A stretch of DNA of 60,040 nt, filler included, from Actinomycetota bacterium (GCA_013152275.1; 3 parts of 3 records of this genome joined end to end with filler, not necessarily neighbours in it); one strand, 5' to 3'; positions 1 through 9,849 are shown, counted from the whole stretch's first letter. Notes: generated by a model from the letters alone, not told the origin. A program made the numbers and translations.

Positions 1-779
1 AGCGAGCGGGCCATCAACCGTTCATACAGCGCGGGGGCGACGCGAACGAGGAACCGGGTCAGCTTGCCGACCCTTCCGAGCACCACGAAACGACGGCGAC
101 GCTCGACGGCGCGGAGGACCGCGTCGGCGACCTGCTCGGGGGACAGCATCGACCCGACCCGCGACTGGGGATGATCCGTGATCGACCCGTCCCCGTCGAG
201 GGTGCGGAAACGAAACGGGGTGTCGACAAAGGTGGGAGCAACGATCGTCACGTCGACGCCGGTGCCGCGCAGCTCGGCGCGCAGCGTTTCGAGGAACCCG
301 CCGAGGGCATGCTTGGACGCCACATAGCCGCTGCGGCCGAGCAGGGGAGCGAACCCTGCCACCGAACTGATCGCCACGATCGCTCCGTGCCGCTCGACGA
401 TCGAGGCGAGGGCCGCCTTCGTGGCGTGCACCGCCCCGAAGTAGTTGACCTCCATGACGCGGCGCAACACCGAGACCTCGGTGTCGGCGAACGCGCTGCG
501 GTGCGTGAGACCGGCGTTGTTGATCAGCACGTCGACACCGCCGAGGCTCGTGACAACGTCAGCCATCGCGGCCTCGACCTGCTCGGAGTCGGTCAGATCG
601 CACACCACCGTCACGGCGGCCGGCAGCTGCGAACCGAGAGCGGCGAGTCCCGCCTCGTCGACGTCGAACAGGACCGGGCGCGCCCCGGCCTCGGTGAAAC
701 GCCGGGCCATCGCCGTCCCGAGGCCTCCCGCGGCTCCGGTGATCACCACGACGGCGCCGGTCAGGTCACGGCCCGCCAC
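1..779 (-). CDS. Short-chain dehydrogenase/reductase (3' end runs off the window; missing from the ORF track)
   Basis: Manual translation from GTG at 779: MAGRDLTGAVVVITGAAGGLG (TGxxxGxG), NNAG motif, catalytic YVASK. Confidence 0.9.
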   Translation of the reverse strand, partial: MAGRDLTGAVVVITGAAGGLGTAMARRFTEAGARPVLFDVDEAGLAALGSQLPAAVTVVCDLTDSEQVEAAMADVVTSLGGVDVLINNAGLTHRSAFADTEVSVLRRVMEVNYFGAVHATKAALASIVERHGAIVAISSVAGFAPLLGRSGYVASKHALGGFLETLRAELRGTGVDVTIVAPTFVDTPFRFRTLDGDGSITDHPQSRVGSMLSPEQVADAVLRAVERRRRFVVLGRVGKLTRFLVRVAPALYERLMARS

Positions 780-1722
780 GGCGTCCTGCCAGGAACTCGT
801 CGAAGACCTCCGACGTGGTCTTGCGGGGCACGTAGCCGAACTCGTCCTTCAGCCGCCGGTTCGCCAGGACCGGTCGGTAGCAGAGGAAATCGACCTGTTC
901 GGGCCCGTACTGGGTGAGGCGCAGACGCCGCAGCACCGCCAGCGCCGTTCGCACGACCCCGGCGGGCATCGCCACGTAGCGTTTGCCCATCCGTTCGGCC
1001 ATCTCGGCGAGGGTGAGGACCCCGTCGCCGGCGAGGTTGAACACGCCGGTCAGGTCGGTGAAGATCCCGCGTCGCAGGCACCCGACGACGTCGTGGTCCC
1101 AGATGAGTACGAACGGTGTCGCAGCCCCGCGGATTCCCATGATGATCGGCCGGTCGAACAGGTCGGTGATCTGGTTGCGGGTGCCCCGTCCGAGGATGGT
1201 TCCGGGACGGAAGACGAGCTGGCCCAGCTCGGGGTGCCTGGAGCGCCACGCCGCCAGCATCTCCTCCACCTGCCGCTTGTGGTCCGCGTACGCGAACTCG
1301 ACGTTGCCGCGCAGCGCATCGTCCTCGTCGAGCCACTCCGGGTTGTCTGCGTGGTATCCGTAGGCGGCACCGGAGGACGACACGATCACCTTGCGCACCC
1401 CGGCGCCGAGACACGACTCGAGCACGTTCTCGGTGCCGCCCACGTCGATCGAGTACTCGAGGTCCCGATCCGGTGTGCGACCCGGTGTCACGATCGCCGC
1501 GAGGTGCACGACGGTGCCGACGTCGTGTTCGCCGAGGACCTGCCTCAGCGACGGGTCGCGGATGTCCATGGTGACGTAGGTGATGCCGTCGAGCCGCTCG
1601 GCGGGTTCGCGAACATCCATCGCGACGATCGTCGTGAGCCGGCCCGGATCGGCGGCGAGCGATTCGATCAGCAGGCTTCCGACGTATCCGCCGGCGCCGG
1701 TGACGAGGACCGATCGGGTCAT
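766..1722 (-). CDS. Extended SDR / NAD-dependent epimerase-dehydratase
   Basis: MTRSVLVTGAGGYVG, HLAA, YADHK (YxxxK); ATG overlaps the upstream stop. Confidence 0.9.
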   Translation of the reverse strand: MTRSVLVTGAGGYVGSLLIESLAADPGRLTTIVAMDVREPAERLDGITYVTMDIRDPSLRQVLGEHDVGTVVHLAAIVTPGRTPDRDLEYSIDVGGTENVLESCLGAGVRKVIVSSSGAAYGYHADNPEWLDEDDALRGNVEFAYADHKRQVEEMLAAWRSRHPELGQLVFRPGTILGRGTRNQITDLFDRPIIMGIRGAATPFVLIWDHDVVGCLRRGIFTDLTGVFNLAGDGVLTLAEMAERMGKRYVAMPAGVVRTALAVLRRLRLTQYGPEQVDFLCYRPVLANRRLKDEFGYVPRKTTSEVFDEFLAGRRGGP

Positions 1723-2630
1723 GCCGTGGCGGTCTCGATCTCGACCGGTCTGCGGGACCAGAAGCCGGCGAGGGTCAGCCCCGCGATGATGTGCCAGATG
1801 CCCCACCACGCCGCGATGAGTGCCATGCCGCCGAGCCCGTCGAAGAAGTTGAAGATCAGAATCAGCGCGAGGGCGGAGTTCTGCAAGCCGACCTCGATGG
1901 TGACGGCCCGCAGATCACGCTGGTTGAGGCGGGCAAACCGGCCGGCGACGTTGCCGAGGGAGAAGGCCAGCGTGTTGTGGAGGAAGACGGCGAACACGAC
2001 GAACCCGATGTAGGTGACGAAGTTGTTCCAGTTGTTCGCCAGGGCGACGGCCACGAACCCCATGAACACGATCACCGAGACGGTCTTGAACGGTCCCCGA
2101 ACCTTCGCGGCGATCCCGGGCCACCGCCGTGCGATCACCATGCCGACCACGAGGGGGATGCCGAGGATCACGAAGATCGTCATGAACAGGTCGAGTGGCC
2201 CGAGGGAGACCCGCTTGAGGATCTCGGCGGTGTCCGGGTTGAGACCGCCCCAGAACGCGAAGTTGAGGGGGGTCATCACGATGGCCGCCGCGGTGGAGAC
2301 CGCCGTCATCCCGACCGACAGGGGAGCGTTGCCGCCCGCCAGGTAGGTCATCAGGTTCGACAGGTTCCCGCCCGGGCACGACGCCACGAGGATCATGCCG
2401 AGAGCGATCGACGGCGCCGGATGCAGGATCAGGGTGAGCAGGTACGTGAACGCCGGAAGCAGGATGAACTGGGCGCCGAGGCCGATCGCCGGCGGCTTGG
2501 GCTGGCGCACGAGTCGCTTGAAGTCTTCGATGTCGAGGTCCATGGCCATGCCGAGCATCATCAGGCCGATGAGGACGTTCAGCATGAGCAGGCTGCTCTT
2601 GTCGAAGTTCAGGGTGAGCTGATCGATCAC
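1719..2630 (-). CDS. Bile acid:sodium symporter (BASS/SBF) family transporter
   Basis: Multi-TM protein with CPGGNLSN and EVGLQNS motifs. Confidence 0.92.
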   Translation of the reverse strand: MIDQLTLNFDKSSLLMLNVLIGLMMLGMAMDLDIEDFKRLVRQPKPPAIGLGAQFILLPAFTYLLTLILHPAPSIALGMILVASCPGGNLSNLMTYLAGGNAPLSVGMTAVSTAAAIVMTPLNFAFWGGLNPDTAEILKRVSLGPLDLFMTIFVILGIPLVVGMVIARRWPGIAAKVRGPFKTVSVIVFMGFVAVALANNWNNFVTYIGFVVFAVFLHNTLAFSLGNVAGRFARLNQRDLRAVTIEVGLQNSALALILIFNFFDGLGGMALIAAWWGIWHIIAGLTLAGFWSRRPVEIETATA

Positions 2631-2631
2631 G

Positions 2632-4374
2632 TCATTTCCCTTCCGGCTCTTCGTGCATCTTCTTGAAGTGCATCAACCCTGGCGCCCACAGGTGCTTCTT
2701 CGGGTCGACATCGACGTGGACGACCGCGCACCCTCCCACGGCGAGACTCCGCTCGATCGCCGGGCGCAACTGTGCGGGGTCGGCGACCCGCTCGCCGTGC
2801 GCACCCATCGATCGGGCCATGGCGTCGTAGCCGATCTCGCCGAGCTCGGTGTTGATCGTCTCGTCCGGGTCGAGCGACTTGCGGACCAGCATCTTGACCG
2901 GGTGCCGGGCCATCGACTGGGACATCTTGACCATTCCCCACTGGCGGTCGCTGACGACCAGGAACACGATGTGGTTGCCGTTGCGGACCGCGGTCTCGAT
3001 CTCCTGCAGGTGGAACCCGAAGGCCCCGTCCCCGATGATGCAACACACCTGACGGTCGCCGAACGCCTCCGCGGCCCCGAGGGCCTGCCCGAGGCCGGCG
3101 CCCAGCATCCCGAAGTGCGGGGTCGACAGCATCGTGCCGGGGGTGCGCACCCGCAGGAAGAAGTTCGCCCACACCGCCGTGTTGCCGCCGTCGACGACGA
3201 AGATCGCGTCGTCGTCGAAGACCTCCATGCACGTGGCGGGGACGTGTGCGGTGTTCATCGGGACGGAGCGGTCCTCGAGGTGCTTGGCGAGCTTGGCGTC
3301 CTTCTCGGTGCGTGAAGCGATGAGCCGGTCCACTTCGGATCGGCGCGCCTCGACAAGCGTGTCGTCCTGTTTTCCTTCGAGCGCCTTGGCGAGCGCTTCG
3401 AGGAACGCCCCGGCGTCGCTCGATATGGCCAGATCGACCGGCCTGTTCACTCCGAACGCCGCCTCGTCGACATCGACCTGGATCACCTGCTGATCCTGAC
3501 GCCAGTAGGGTGCCTTGCCCCACCAGTCGGTCTCGCCGATGCGTGAGCCGAGTACGAGGACGACGTCCGCGGCGTTGCGCACCTCGTTGGTCGCCTCGAT
3601 GGCGGTGATCGGCCACACGAGCGGGGAGGTCTCCGACATCGATCCCCGCCCGCTCCACGAGGTCGTGACCGGAGCGTGCAGCAGCTCGGCGACGGTGGCG
3701 AGCCGATCGTAGGCTCGGGCATGGATGAGGCCGCCGCCCGCATGGATGATCGGCAGGGTGGCCTCGGCAAGGCGCTGGGCGGCCCGCTCGACGAGTTGGG
3801 GGTCCGGCAGGAGAGGTTCGACGCGCCGGTACCGGCGCGGCTGCCACACGGGTGCCGGCCTGGTCTTGCCGTTCATGATGTTCTGGGGAACGTCGAGGTG
3901 CACGACCCCGGGGCGGCCGCGGAACGACTCGCGCAGTGCGGTGCGCAGGAGCTCCGGAACACGCCCTGCCGAGGATGCGCGTGCGGACCATTTCGCAATC
4001 GTGATCGCTCCGACCTGATCGAAGTACTGGTAGGCGCCGCCCCGGTCGGGGTCGGTGATCGCCAAACGCCGCGAGCTCGTGATCAGCAGGACCCGGTTGC
4101 CTTCCGCGTTCTCGACGGCGATGCCGGGGAGTGCGTTGGCGACGCCGGGGCCGTTGCTCGCGATGGCGACACCGAGTCGGCCGGTGAGCCTGGCGTAGGC
4201 GCCCGCCATGTGCAGCGCGGTCGTCTCGTGCCGGGGCGTCACGAGCGGGATCCCCTTGGTTTCGAGACCGTTGAGCAGTCCCATGTAGGTGCCGTCCGGC
4301 AGGCCGAATACCTTCTCGACGCCTTCCGCGACGAGCACGTCGGCGATCAGGTCGCCACCGGTCACAGAGCCCAT
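2632..4374 (-). CDS. Thiamine pyrophosphate-binding enzyme (acetolactate synthase large-subunit superfamily)
   Basis: VFGLPDG, RHE, GPGVAN, TPP motif GDGAFGF; GGAGG RBS before ATG 4374. Confidence 0.9.
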   Translation of the reverse strand: MGSVTGGDLIADVLVAEGVEKVFGLPDGTYMGLLNGLETKGIPLVTPRHETTALHMAGAYARLTGRLGVAIASNGPGVANALPGIAVENAEGNRVLLITSSRRLAITDPDRGGAYQYFDQVGAITIAKWSARASSAGRVPELLRTALRESFRGRPGVVHLDVPQNIMNGKTRPAPVWQPRRYRRVEPLLPDPQLVERAAQRLAEATLPIIHAGGGLIHARAYDRLATVAELLHAPVTTSWSGRGSMSETSPLVWPITAIEATNEVRNAADVVLVLGSRIGETDWWGKAPYWRQDQQVIQVDVDEAAFGVNRPVDLAISSDAGAFLEALAKALEGKQDDTLVEARRSEVDRLIASRTEKDAKLAKHLEDRSVPMNTAHVPATCMEVFDDDAIFVVDGGNTAVWANFFLRVRTPGTMLSTPHFGMLGAGLGQALGAAEAFGDRQVCCIIGDGAFGFHLQEIETAVRNGNHIVFLVVSDRQWGMVKMSQSMARHPVKMLVRKSLDPDETINTELGEIGYDAMARSMGAHGERVADPAQLRPAIERSLAVGGCAVVHVDVDPKKHLWAPGLMHFKKMHEEPEGK

Positions 4375-4455
4375 TCCCACCTCCTGTACCGGTGCGAGCC
4401 TAACGGGCGGGCGGCGGCGGGGCCCCCGAGAGCCGGGACTAACCTTCGCGTCACG

Positions 4456-4947
4456 ATGATCGAATCGGGAAACCGGGTGCCGGATACACGTCTGCTGGAC
4501 CGCGACGGGAGGCGATATGCGCTGTACGATCTCCTCGACCGGCCGACGCTCGTGATCGTTTTCAAGACCACATGCTCCACCTGCCGGCTGGCGCTGCCGG
4601 TGTTCGATCACTGGCGCCGGTACGAGCCTGCGGTGAAGATCCTGGCCGTTTCGCAGGACCCTCCGGCGCTCACCGATGCGTTCTTCGAGGATCTGGGCGT
4701 CGGTTTCGAGACCCTGTACGACGAGCCTCCGTATGCGATGTCGAACGCGTTCGGTGTGATCGCCGTGCCGTCGCTGGCCCTGATCGAGCATGGGCACGTG
4801 ACCTGGTCGACGCACGGATGGATGCGTGCCAAGGCCGAGGAACTCGAGACGCTGCTCGCCACGCTCGCGGGCAGGAAGCCTGCGCTCGTCGGTGCCGACG
4901 ACCTCCCGGTGCTGAAACCCGGTTGAAGTGGAAAGAACGTCCTCTAG
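4456..4947 (+). CDS. TlpA/peroxiredoxin-like thioredoxin-fold protein, probable selenoprotein (UGA 4924-4926 read as Sec, true stop TAG 4945-4947); ends at 4926 if UGA is a stop
   Basis: FKTTCSTC (CxxC), VSQD, AVPSLALI; C-terminus KPG-UGA-SGKNVL-TAG followed by a hairpin. Confidence 0.8.
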
Positions 4948-4956
4948 GTAGAGGAC
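4939..4956 (+). promoter_or_regulatory. Putative bacterial SECIS hairpin
   Basis: GTCCTCT-AGGT-AGAGGAC: perfect 7-bp stem, G-containing loop starting 19 nt after the UGA. Confidence 0.65.
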
Positions 4957-5003
4957 TCGAGATGGTGGGGGCTGTCGCCTCCGATCGATGAGAGGAGTGA
5001 ATC

Positions 5004-6395
5004 GTGGACTATCGCATCGAGCGGGACTCGATGGGCGAGATGCAGGTGCCCGCCGGCGCCTACTACGGGGCGTCGACCCAGCGTGCCGTCGAGAACTTCC
5101 CGATCTCCAAGCTGCGGTTCGGACGCCGGTTCATCTGGGCGCTCGGGCTGATCAAATGGGCCGCCGCGAAGGCCAACAAGGAAATGGGCCGCTACGACGC
5201 CGAGAAGGCCGACGCCGTGATGCAGGCCTGCGACGAGGTCATGGACGGCAAGCTCGACGCCGAGTTCGTCGTCGACATCTTCCAGACCGGGTCCGGCACG
5301 TCGACGAACATGAACGCCAACGAGGTGATCGCCAACCGGGCGACGGAGATCCTCGGTGGGGAGCTGGGCTCCAAGCTCGTGCACCCGAACGACCATGTCA
5401 ACAACGGGCAGTCCTCCAACGACGTGATCCCGACGGCCATCCATATTGCTGCCACGGGCGCCGTGCGGGAAGACCTCCTTCCGGCCCTGGGCAAGCTCGC
5501 CGCCTCGCTCGACGCGAAGGCCGAGGAGTTCAAGGACGTCGTCAAGACGGGACGCACCCACCTGATGGACGCCACCCCGGTGACGCTCGGCCAGGAGTTC
5601 TCCGGCTACGCCACCCAGATCCACAAGGGCGCCGAACGTATGGAGAAGGTCCTACCCGAGCTGGAGGAGCTGGCGCTGGGCGGCACCGCGGTCGGTACCG
5701 GGCTCAACGCACCGGTCGGCCTCGTGCCGCTGATGATCCGCCACATCGCCGACCGCTCCGGCTATCCGTTCCGTGAAGCCGACAACCACTTCGAGGCCCA
5801 GGCCGCCAAGGACGCGGTCGTGGCGACGTCGGGCATGCTGAAGACGGTTGCGACGTCGCTGTTCAAGATCGCCAACGATCTGCGCTGGCTGTCGTCGGGC
5901 CCCCGCACCGCGATCGGTGAGATCCGGCTCCCGACGTTGCAGCCGGGCTCGTCGATCATGCCGGGCAAGATCAACCCGGTCATCCCGGAGGCGGTCATGC
6001 AGGTCGCCGGACAGGTGATCGGCAACGACGTGTCGGTGACGTGGGGCGGGGCGAACGGCAACTTCGAGCTGAACGTGATGATGCCGCTGATGAGTTACAA
6101 CCTCATCGAGTCGATCGACCTGCTCGCCAACGTGTCGACGGTGCTCGCCGAGAAGTGTGTCGACGGGATCGAGGCGAACGTGGAGCGGGCGACCGAGCTG
6201 GTCGAACGTGACATCATCATCATCACGGCGCTGGCGCCGCACGTCGGGTACGACAAGGCGGCCGACATCGCCCACGTGGCGATGGACACCAACCGCGGTG
6301 TGCGCGAGGTCGCGCTCGAGATGAGTGGGCTGTCCGCCGAGGAACTCGACAAAGTCCTCGACCTGAAAAAGATGACCGAGGGCGGCGTCCTCTAA
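5004..6395 (+). CDS. fumC: Class II fumarate hydratase
   Basis: RIERDSMG, QTGSGTSTNMNANE, signature GSSIMPGKINP; AGGAG RBS. Confidence 0.97.
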   Translation: MDYRIERDSMGEMQVPAGAYYGASTQRAVENFPISKLRFGRRFIWALGLIKWAAAKANKEMGRYDAEKADAVMQACDEVMDGKLDAEFVVDIFQTGSGTSTNMNANEVIANRATEILGGELGSKLVHPNDHVNNGQSSNDVIPTAIHIAATGAVREDLLPALGKLAASLDAKAEEFKDVVKTGRTHLMDATPVTLGQEFSGYATQIHKGAERMEKVLPELEELALGGTAVGTGLNAPVGLVPLMIRHIADRSGYPFREADNHFEAQAAKDAVVATSGMLKTVATSLFKIANDLRWLSSGPRTAIGEIRLPTLQPGSSIMPGKINPVIPEAVMQVAGQVIGNDVSVTWGGANGNFELNVMMPLMSYNLIESIDLLANVSTVLAEKCVDGIEANVERATELVERDIIIITALAPHVGYDKAADIAHVAMDTNRGVREVALEMSGLSAEELDKVLDLKKMTEGGVL

Positions 6396-6403
6396 CCCCC
6401 CAT

Positions 6404-6454
6404 TGAACCCAGGGTTCGTAGGGGTCGTGGCGACCCCCCTGAGCCCTGGGTTCA
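6404..6454 (+). repeat. 51-bp nested palindromic REP-like repeat, copy 1
   Basis: TGAACCCAGGGTTCGTAGGGGTCGTGGCGACCCCCCTGAGCCCTGGGTTCA, just after the fumC stop. Confidence 0.95.
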
Positions 6455-6583
6455 GCGCGCACTGGAAGAGTGTGATCGTTCCATCCGTCAATAGGGTCGA
6501 TGGAGGGGTATGTTGGGATCGTGAGGGCCGGCCCATCGCCGATCCCTCGAGTCGGACACGCATGGCCAACTGCAGGAGGTGCG

Positions 6584-7570
6584 ATGGACATTCCGCGAGA
6601 TCATCTGGTCGACATGTATGAGACCATGGTGAAAATACGACGCTTCGAGGAGCGGATCAGGGAGATCTACTTCGAGGACAAACTTCCGGCATTCGACATC
6701 GCGGCGGGCCTCATCCCAGGAGAGATGCATCTCTCGGCCGGCCAAGAGCCGGTGGCGGTCGGCGTGAAACCGCACTTGAAGGCGGGCGACGCGATCACCG
6801 CCACCCACAGACCCCACCACGTAGCCATCGCGCAGGGTGTCGACCTCAAGAAAATGGCGGCGGAGATCTTCGGGAGAGAGACGGGGTTGGGCCACGGCAA
6901 GGGCGGCCACATGCACCTGTTCTCGGTCGAACCGAACTTCGGCTGCTCGGGGATCATCGGCGAGGGCATGCCGGTCGCCTGTGGTGCGGCGCTGGCGTTC
7001 AGTCGGCGCGGCACCGACAACGTGGCGTTGTCGTTCTTCGGCGACGGCGCAGCCAATCAGGGTGCATTCCACGAGTCGCTCAACCTGGCGGCAACCTGGA
7101 ACCTCCCCGTCGTGTTCATCTGTGAAGACAACGGCTACGCCATCTCGGTGCCCAAGGCCGCCGCCACGGCCATCCCGAACAACAGCGACCGCGCGTGCGC
7201 GTACGGGATCCCCGGCGTCCTCGTCGAGGACAACGACCCCGTGGGCGTGTACGAAGCCGTGGGGGAGGCGATCCGCCGGGCGCGAAGCGGAGGCGGGCCG
7301 ACCCTCATCGAGGTGAAGACCGATCGCTTGTGGGGGCACTTCGAGGGCGACGCCGACGCGTATCGCAGCGACGAGTTCAAGAAGGCCATGGCGGAGCGAG
7401 ATCCGCTGGTCACCTTCGGTCGGCGACTTCTCGACGAGGGGGTCCTGAGCGAATCGGATGTCGACAGTATCCGTGAGCGGATGTACGGCGAAGTGGAGGA
7501 GGCCCTGGAGTTTGCCCAGTCGAGCCCGTATCCGCAGCCCGAGGACGCTCTCAACCACGTCTTCGCTTGA
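6584..7570 (+). CDS. 2-oxoacid/acetoin dehydrogenase E1 alpha subunit
   Basis: HLSAGQE, GKGGHMH, TPP motif GDGAANQG..HESLNLA..W, GHFEGD; GGAGG RBS. Confidence 0.93.
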   Translation: MDIPRDHLVDMYETMVKIRRFEERIREIYFEDKLPAFDIAAGLIPGEMHLSAGQEPVAVGVKPHLKAGDAITATHRPHHVAIAQGVDLKKMAAEIFGRETGLGHGKGGHMHLFSVEPNFGCSGIIGEGMPVACGAALAFSRRGTDNVALSFFGDGAANQGAFHESLNLAATWNLPVVFICEDNGYAISVPKAAATAIPNNSDRACAYGIPGVLVEDNDPVGVYEAVGEAIRRARSGGGPTLIEVKTDRLWGHFEGDADAYRSDEFKKAMAERDPLVTFGRRLLDEGVLSESDVDSIRERMYGEVEEALEFAQSSPYPQPEDALNHVFA

Positions 7571-7583
7571 GAGGGGAGGTCGC

Positions 7584-8603
7584 ATGACAACAGCAACCGA
7601 CCGCAAACTGACCACCCAGAAGGCGATCGCGGAAGCCATCGCCCTCGAGCTGGAACGCGACGAATCGGTCCTCGTCATGGGTGAGGACGTCGGCGTCTAT
7701 GGGGGCATCTTCGGGTCCACCGAGGGTCTCCTGGATCGCTTCGGTCCGCAACGAGTGATGGACACACCGATTTCCGAGACCGGATTCATCGGCGCGGCCG
7801 TCGGAGCCGCCGTCAACGGGCTCCGCCCGATCGCCGAGCTCATGTTCGTGGACTTCTTCGGCGTGTGCATGGATCAGATCTACAACAACATGGCGAAGAT
7901 CCACTACTTCAGCGGCGGCAACGTCAAGGTGCCGATGGTGCTCATGACCGCCGTGGGTGGCGGCTATTCGGACGCCGGACAGCACTCGCAGACGCTGTGG
8001 GGAACGTTCGCGCATCTGCCCGGGATGAAGGTCGTCGTTCCCTCCAATCCCTACGACGCCAAGGGACTGATGATCTCGGCGATCAGAGAGGACAACCCCG
8101 TCATCTACATGTTCCACAAAGGCGTTCTCGGCCTGGGCTGGATGACGAACAATCCTCGGGCCACCGGCCCGGTCCCGGAGGAGGCATACGAAGTCCCGAT
8201 CGGCAAGGCGGCGATCGCTCGGCCGGGCAACGATGTGACCGTGGCGACGGTCGGGCTGTCGGTGCACCGGGCGCTGGATGCCGCCGAACTGCTCGAAGAG
8301 AAGGGGATCTCCGCCGAGGTGCTCGACCTTCGTTCGCTGGTGCCGCTCGATCGTGAAGCGATCGTGGCGAGCGTCCGCAAGACCCATCGTCTGATGGTGG
8401 TGGACGAGGATTACCAGAGCTTCGGGATGAGCGGTGAGGTGATCACCACGGCCGTGGAGGGTGCATTCGACTATCTCGATGCGCCGCCCGTGCGCGTGGC
8501 GACGCCCGACGTGCCGATCCCCTACAGCCACCCGCTGGAGGAATGGACGTTGCCGTCGGTACGGCGGATCGTCGCCGGAATCGAACGATTGACGACGGGC
8601 TGA
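7584..8603 (+). CDS. 2-oxoacid/acetoin dehydrogenase E1 beta subunit
   Basis: GEDVG, DTPISE, ELMFVDF, QHSQ, DLRSLVPLD. Confidence 0.95.
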   Translation: MTTATDRKLTTQKAIAEAIALELERDESVLVMGEDVGVYGGIFGSTEGLLDRFGPQRVMDTPISETGFIGAAVGAAVNGLRPIAELMFVDFFGVCMDQIYNNMAKIHYFSGGNVKVPMVLMTAVGGGYSDAGQHSQTLWGTFAHLPGMKVVVPSNPYDAKGLMISAIREDNPVIYMFHKGVLGLGWMTNNPRATGPVPEEAYEVPIGKAAIARPGNDVTVATVGLSVHRALDAAELLEEKGISAEVLDLRSLVPLDREAIVASVRKTHRLMVVDEDYQSFGMSGEVITTAVEGAFDYLDAPPVRVATPDVPIPYSHPLEEWTLPSVRRIVAGIERLTTG

Positions 8604-8609
8604 GCCCAC

Positions 8610-9674
8610 ATGGCCATCGATGTGCTCATGCCGGTGATCACCGACGCCGGAGAGGATGCCGTCGTGACGGCCTGGTTCGTCGACGAAGGCCAACCATGTG
8701 AGGACGGCCAGCTCATCGCCGAGGTCCAGGCGGAGAAGGTGGCCGCGGAAGTCCGCGCTCCTGCCGCCGGTCTTGTGGTCGACCCGGTCGACATCAATGA
8801 ACCGGTGGCGCAGGGAACGCCGATCTGCCGGATAGCCGCCGCAGGAGAAGGACCTCCTGTGGCGGCGACCCCGACTCGCGTGCCCGAGGCGGTCGGAGAG
8901 GCGCCGCCAACGCTCGCCTCACCCGCCGCACGGCGGCTCGCCAGGGAGCTCGGCGTCGACCTGGCCGGTCTGTCCGGCTCCGGGCCGGGAGGCCGGATCA
9001 CCGAGGCGGATGTGCGTTCTGTCGAAGCCGAACGTGGCGCGCCCGACACCGGGGTCGCGCTCGCGGGCCTTCGCGAAGTCGTCGCTCGCAACATGCGGCG
9101 GGGGCACCTGGAGACGGCCCCGGTCACACTCCATTCGTCCATCGTGCTGAGCGGCGGTGTCCCGGCGCACGTCACCGCGTCCGTCGTGAAGGCGGCGGCG
9201 GTCGCGCTGCAGGAGCATCCCGCGTTGAACGGCGTGCGCGAAGGGGACCGGTTCACCGCGGCTACGACCGCGCATGTGGCCGTGGCGGTGCAGACCGACG
9301 ACGGCTTGGTGGCTCCGGTCGTGAGGAGCCCGGCCGGCCGGACGGTGGGCGAAATCGCCGAAGAGATCGCAGAGTTGGCGGGCCGGGCGGCGGCCAAGGA
9401 GCTGGCGGCAGTCGACTTCGAGGGCGGTACGTTCACGGTGACCAATCTGGGGCGGTGGGGGATCGACGGATTCACACCGATCATCAACCTTCCCCAGGTG
9501 GCGATCCTCGGCGTGGGAGCGGTGCGCACCGGCCCGGGATTCGACCAAGACGGGGCGGTGATCGCCGAGACTCGTGTGGTGCTGTCGCTGACGTTCGATC
9601 ACGCATTCGTGGATGGGGCGCCTGCCGCCGCGTTCCTCCAGCGTGTCGGCGAGCTGTTGGCGGTGCGTAGCTAA
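8610..9674 (+). CDS. Dihydrolipoamide acyltransferase E2 component (compact)
   Basis: Lipoyl domain (VQAEKV), E3-binding ASPAARRLA..GSGPGGRI, catalytic FDHAFVDG. Confidence 0.9.
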   Translation: MAIDVLMPVITDAGEDAVVTAWFVDEGQPCEDGQLIAEVQAEKVAAEVRAPAAGLVVDPVDINEPVAQGTPICRIAAAGEGPPVAATPTRVPEAVGEAPPTLASPAARRLARELGVDLAGLSGSGPGGRITEADVRSVEAERGAPDTGVALAGLREVVARNMRRGHLETAPVTLHSSIVLSGGVPAHVTASVVKAAAVALQEHPALNGVREGDRFTAATTAHVAVAVQTDDGLVAPVVRSPAGRTVGEIAEEIAELAGRAAAKELAAVDFEGGTFTVTNLGRWGIDGFTPIINLPQVAILGVGAVRTGPGFDQDGAVIAETRVVLSLTFDHAFVDGAPAAAFLQRVGELLAVRS

Positions 9675-9719
9675 CAACTCGACCTCTGGGAGTCTGCCGA
9701 GTACGCGCCTGTACTCATC

Positions 9720-9770
9720 TGAACCCAGGGCTCGTAGGGGTCGTGGCGACCCCCCTGAGCCCTGGGTTCA
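9720..9770 (+). repeat. 51-bp REP-like repeat, copy 2
   Basis: Near-identical to copy 1; this copy has a perfect 14-bp outer stem. Confidence 0.95.
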
Positions 9771-9849
9771 GCGCGAGGGGCGGGAGATCGCGAAAACCAA
9801 CTACCCCTTCCCACGACGCGGACGACAATTGCGCGCCACAATATGAAAG

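Noticed and set aside
3676..4455. Long N-terminal extensions of the redoxin ORF (from 3676) and the TPP ORF (to 4815)
   Set aside because: They overlap the divergent partner gene; the supported starts are 4456 (fold) and 4374 (RBS, motif)
6403..6621. Short ORFs starting MNPGFVGVV or containing EPRAQGGRHDPYEP (several places)
   Set aside because: They are translations of the 51-bp repeat, with no RBS
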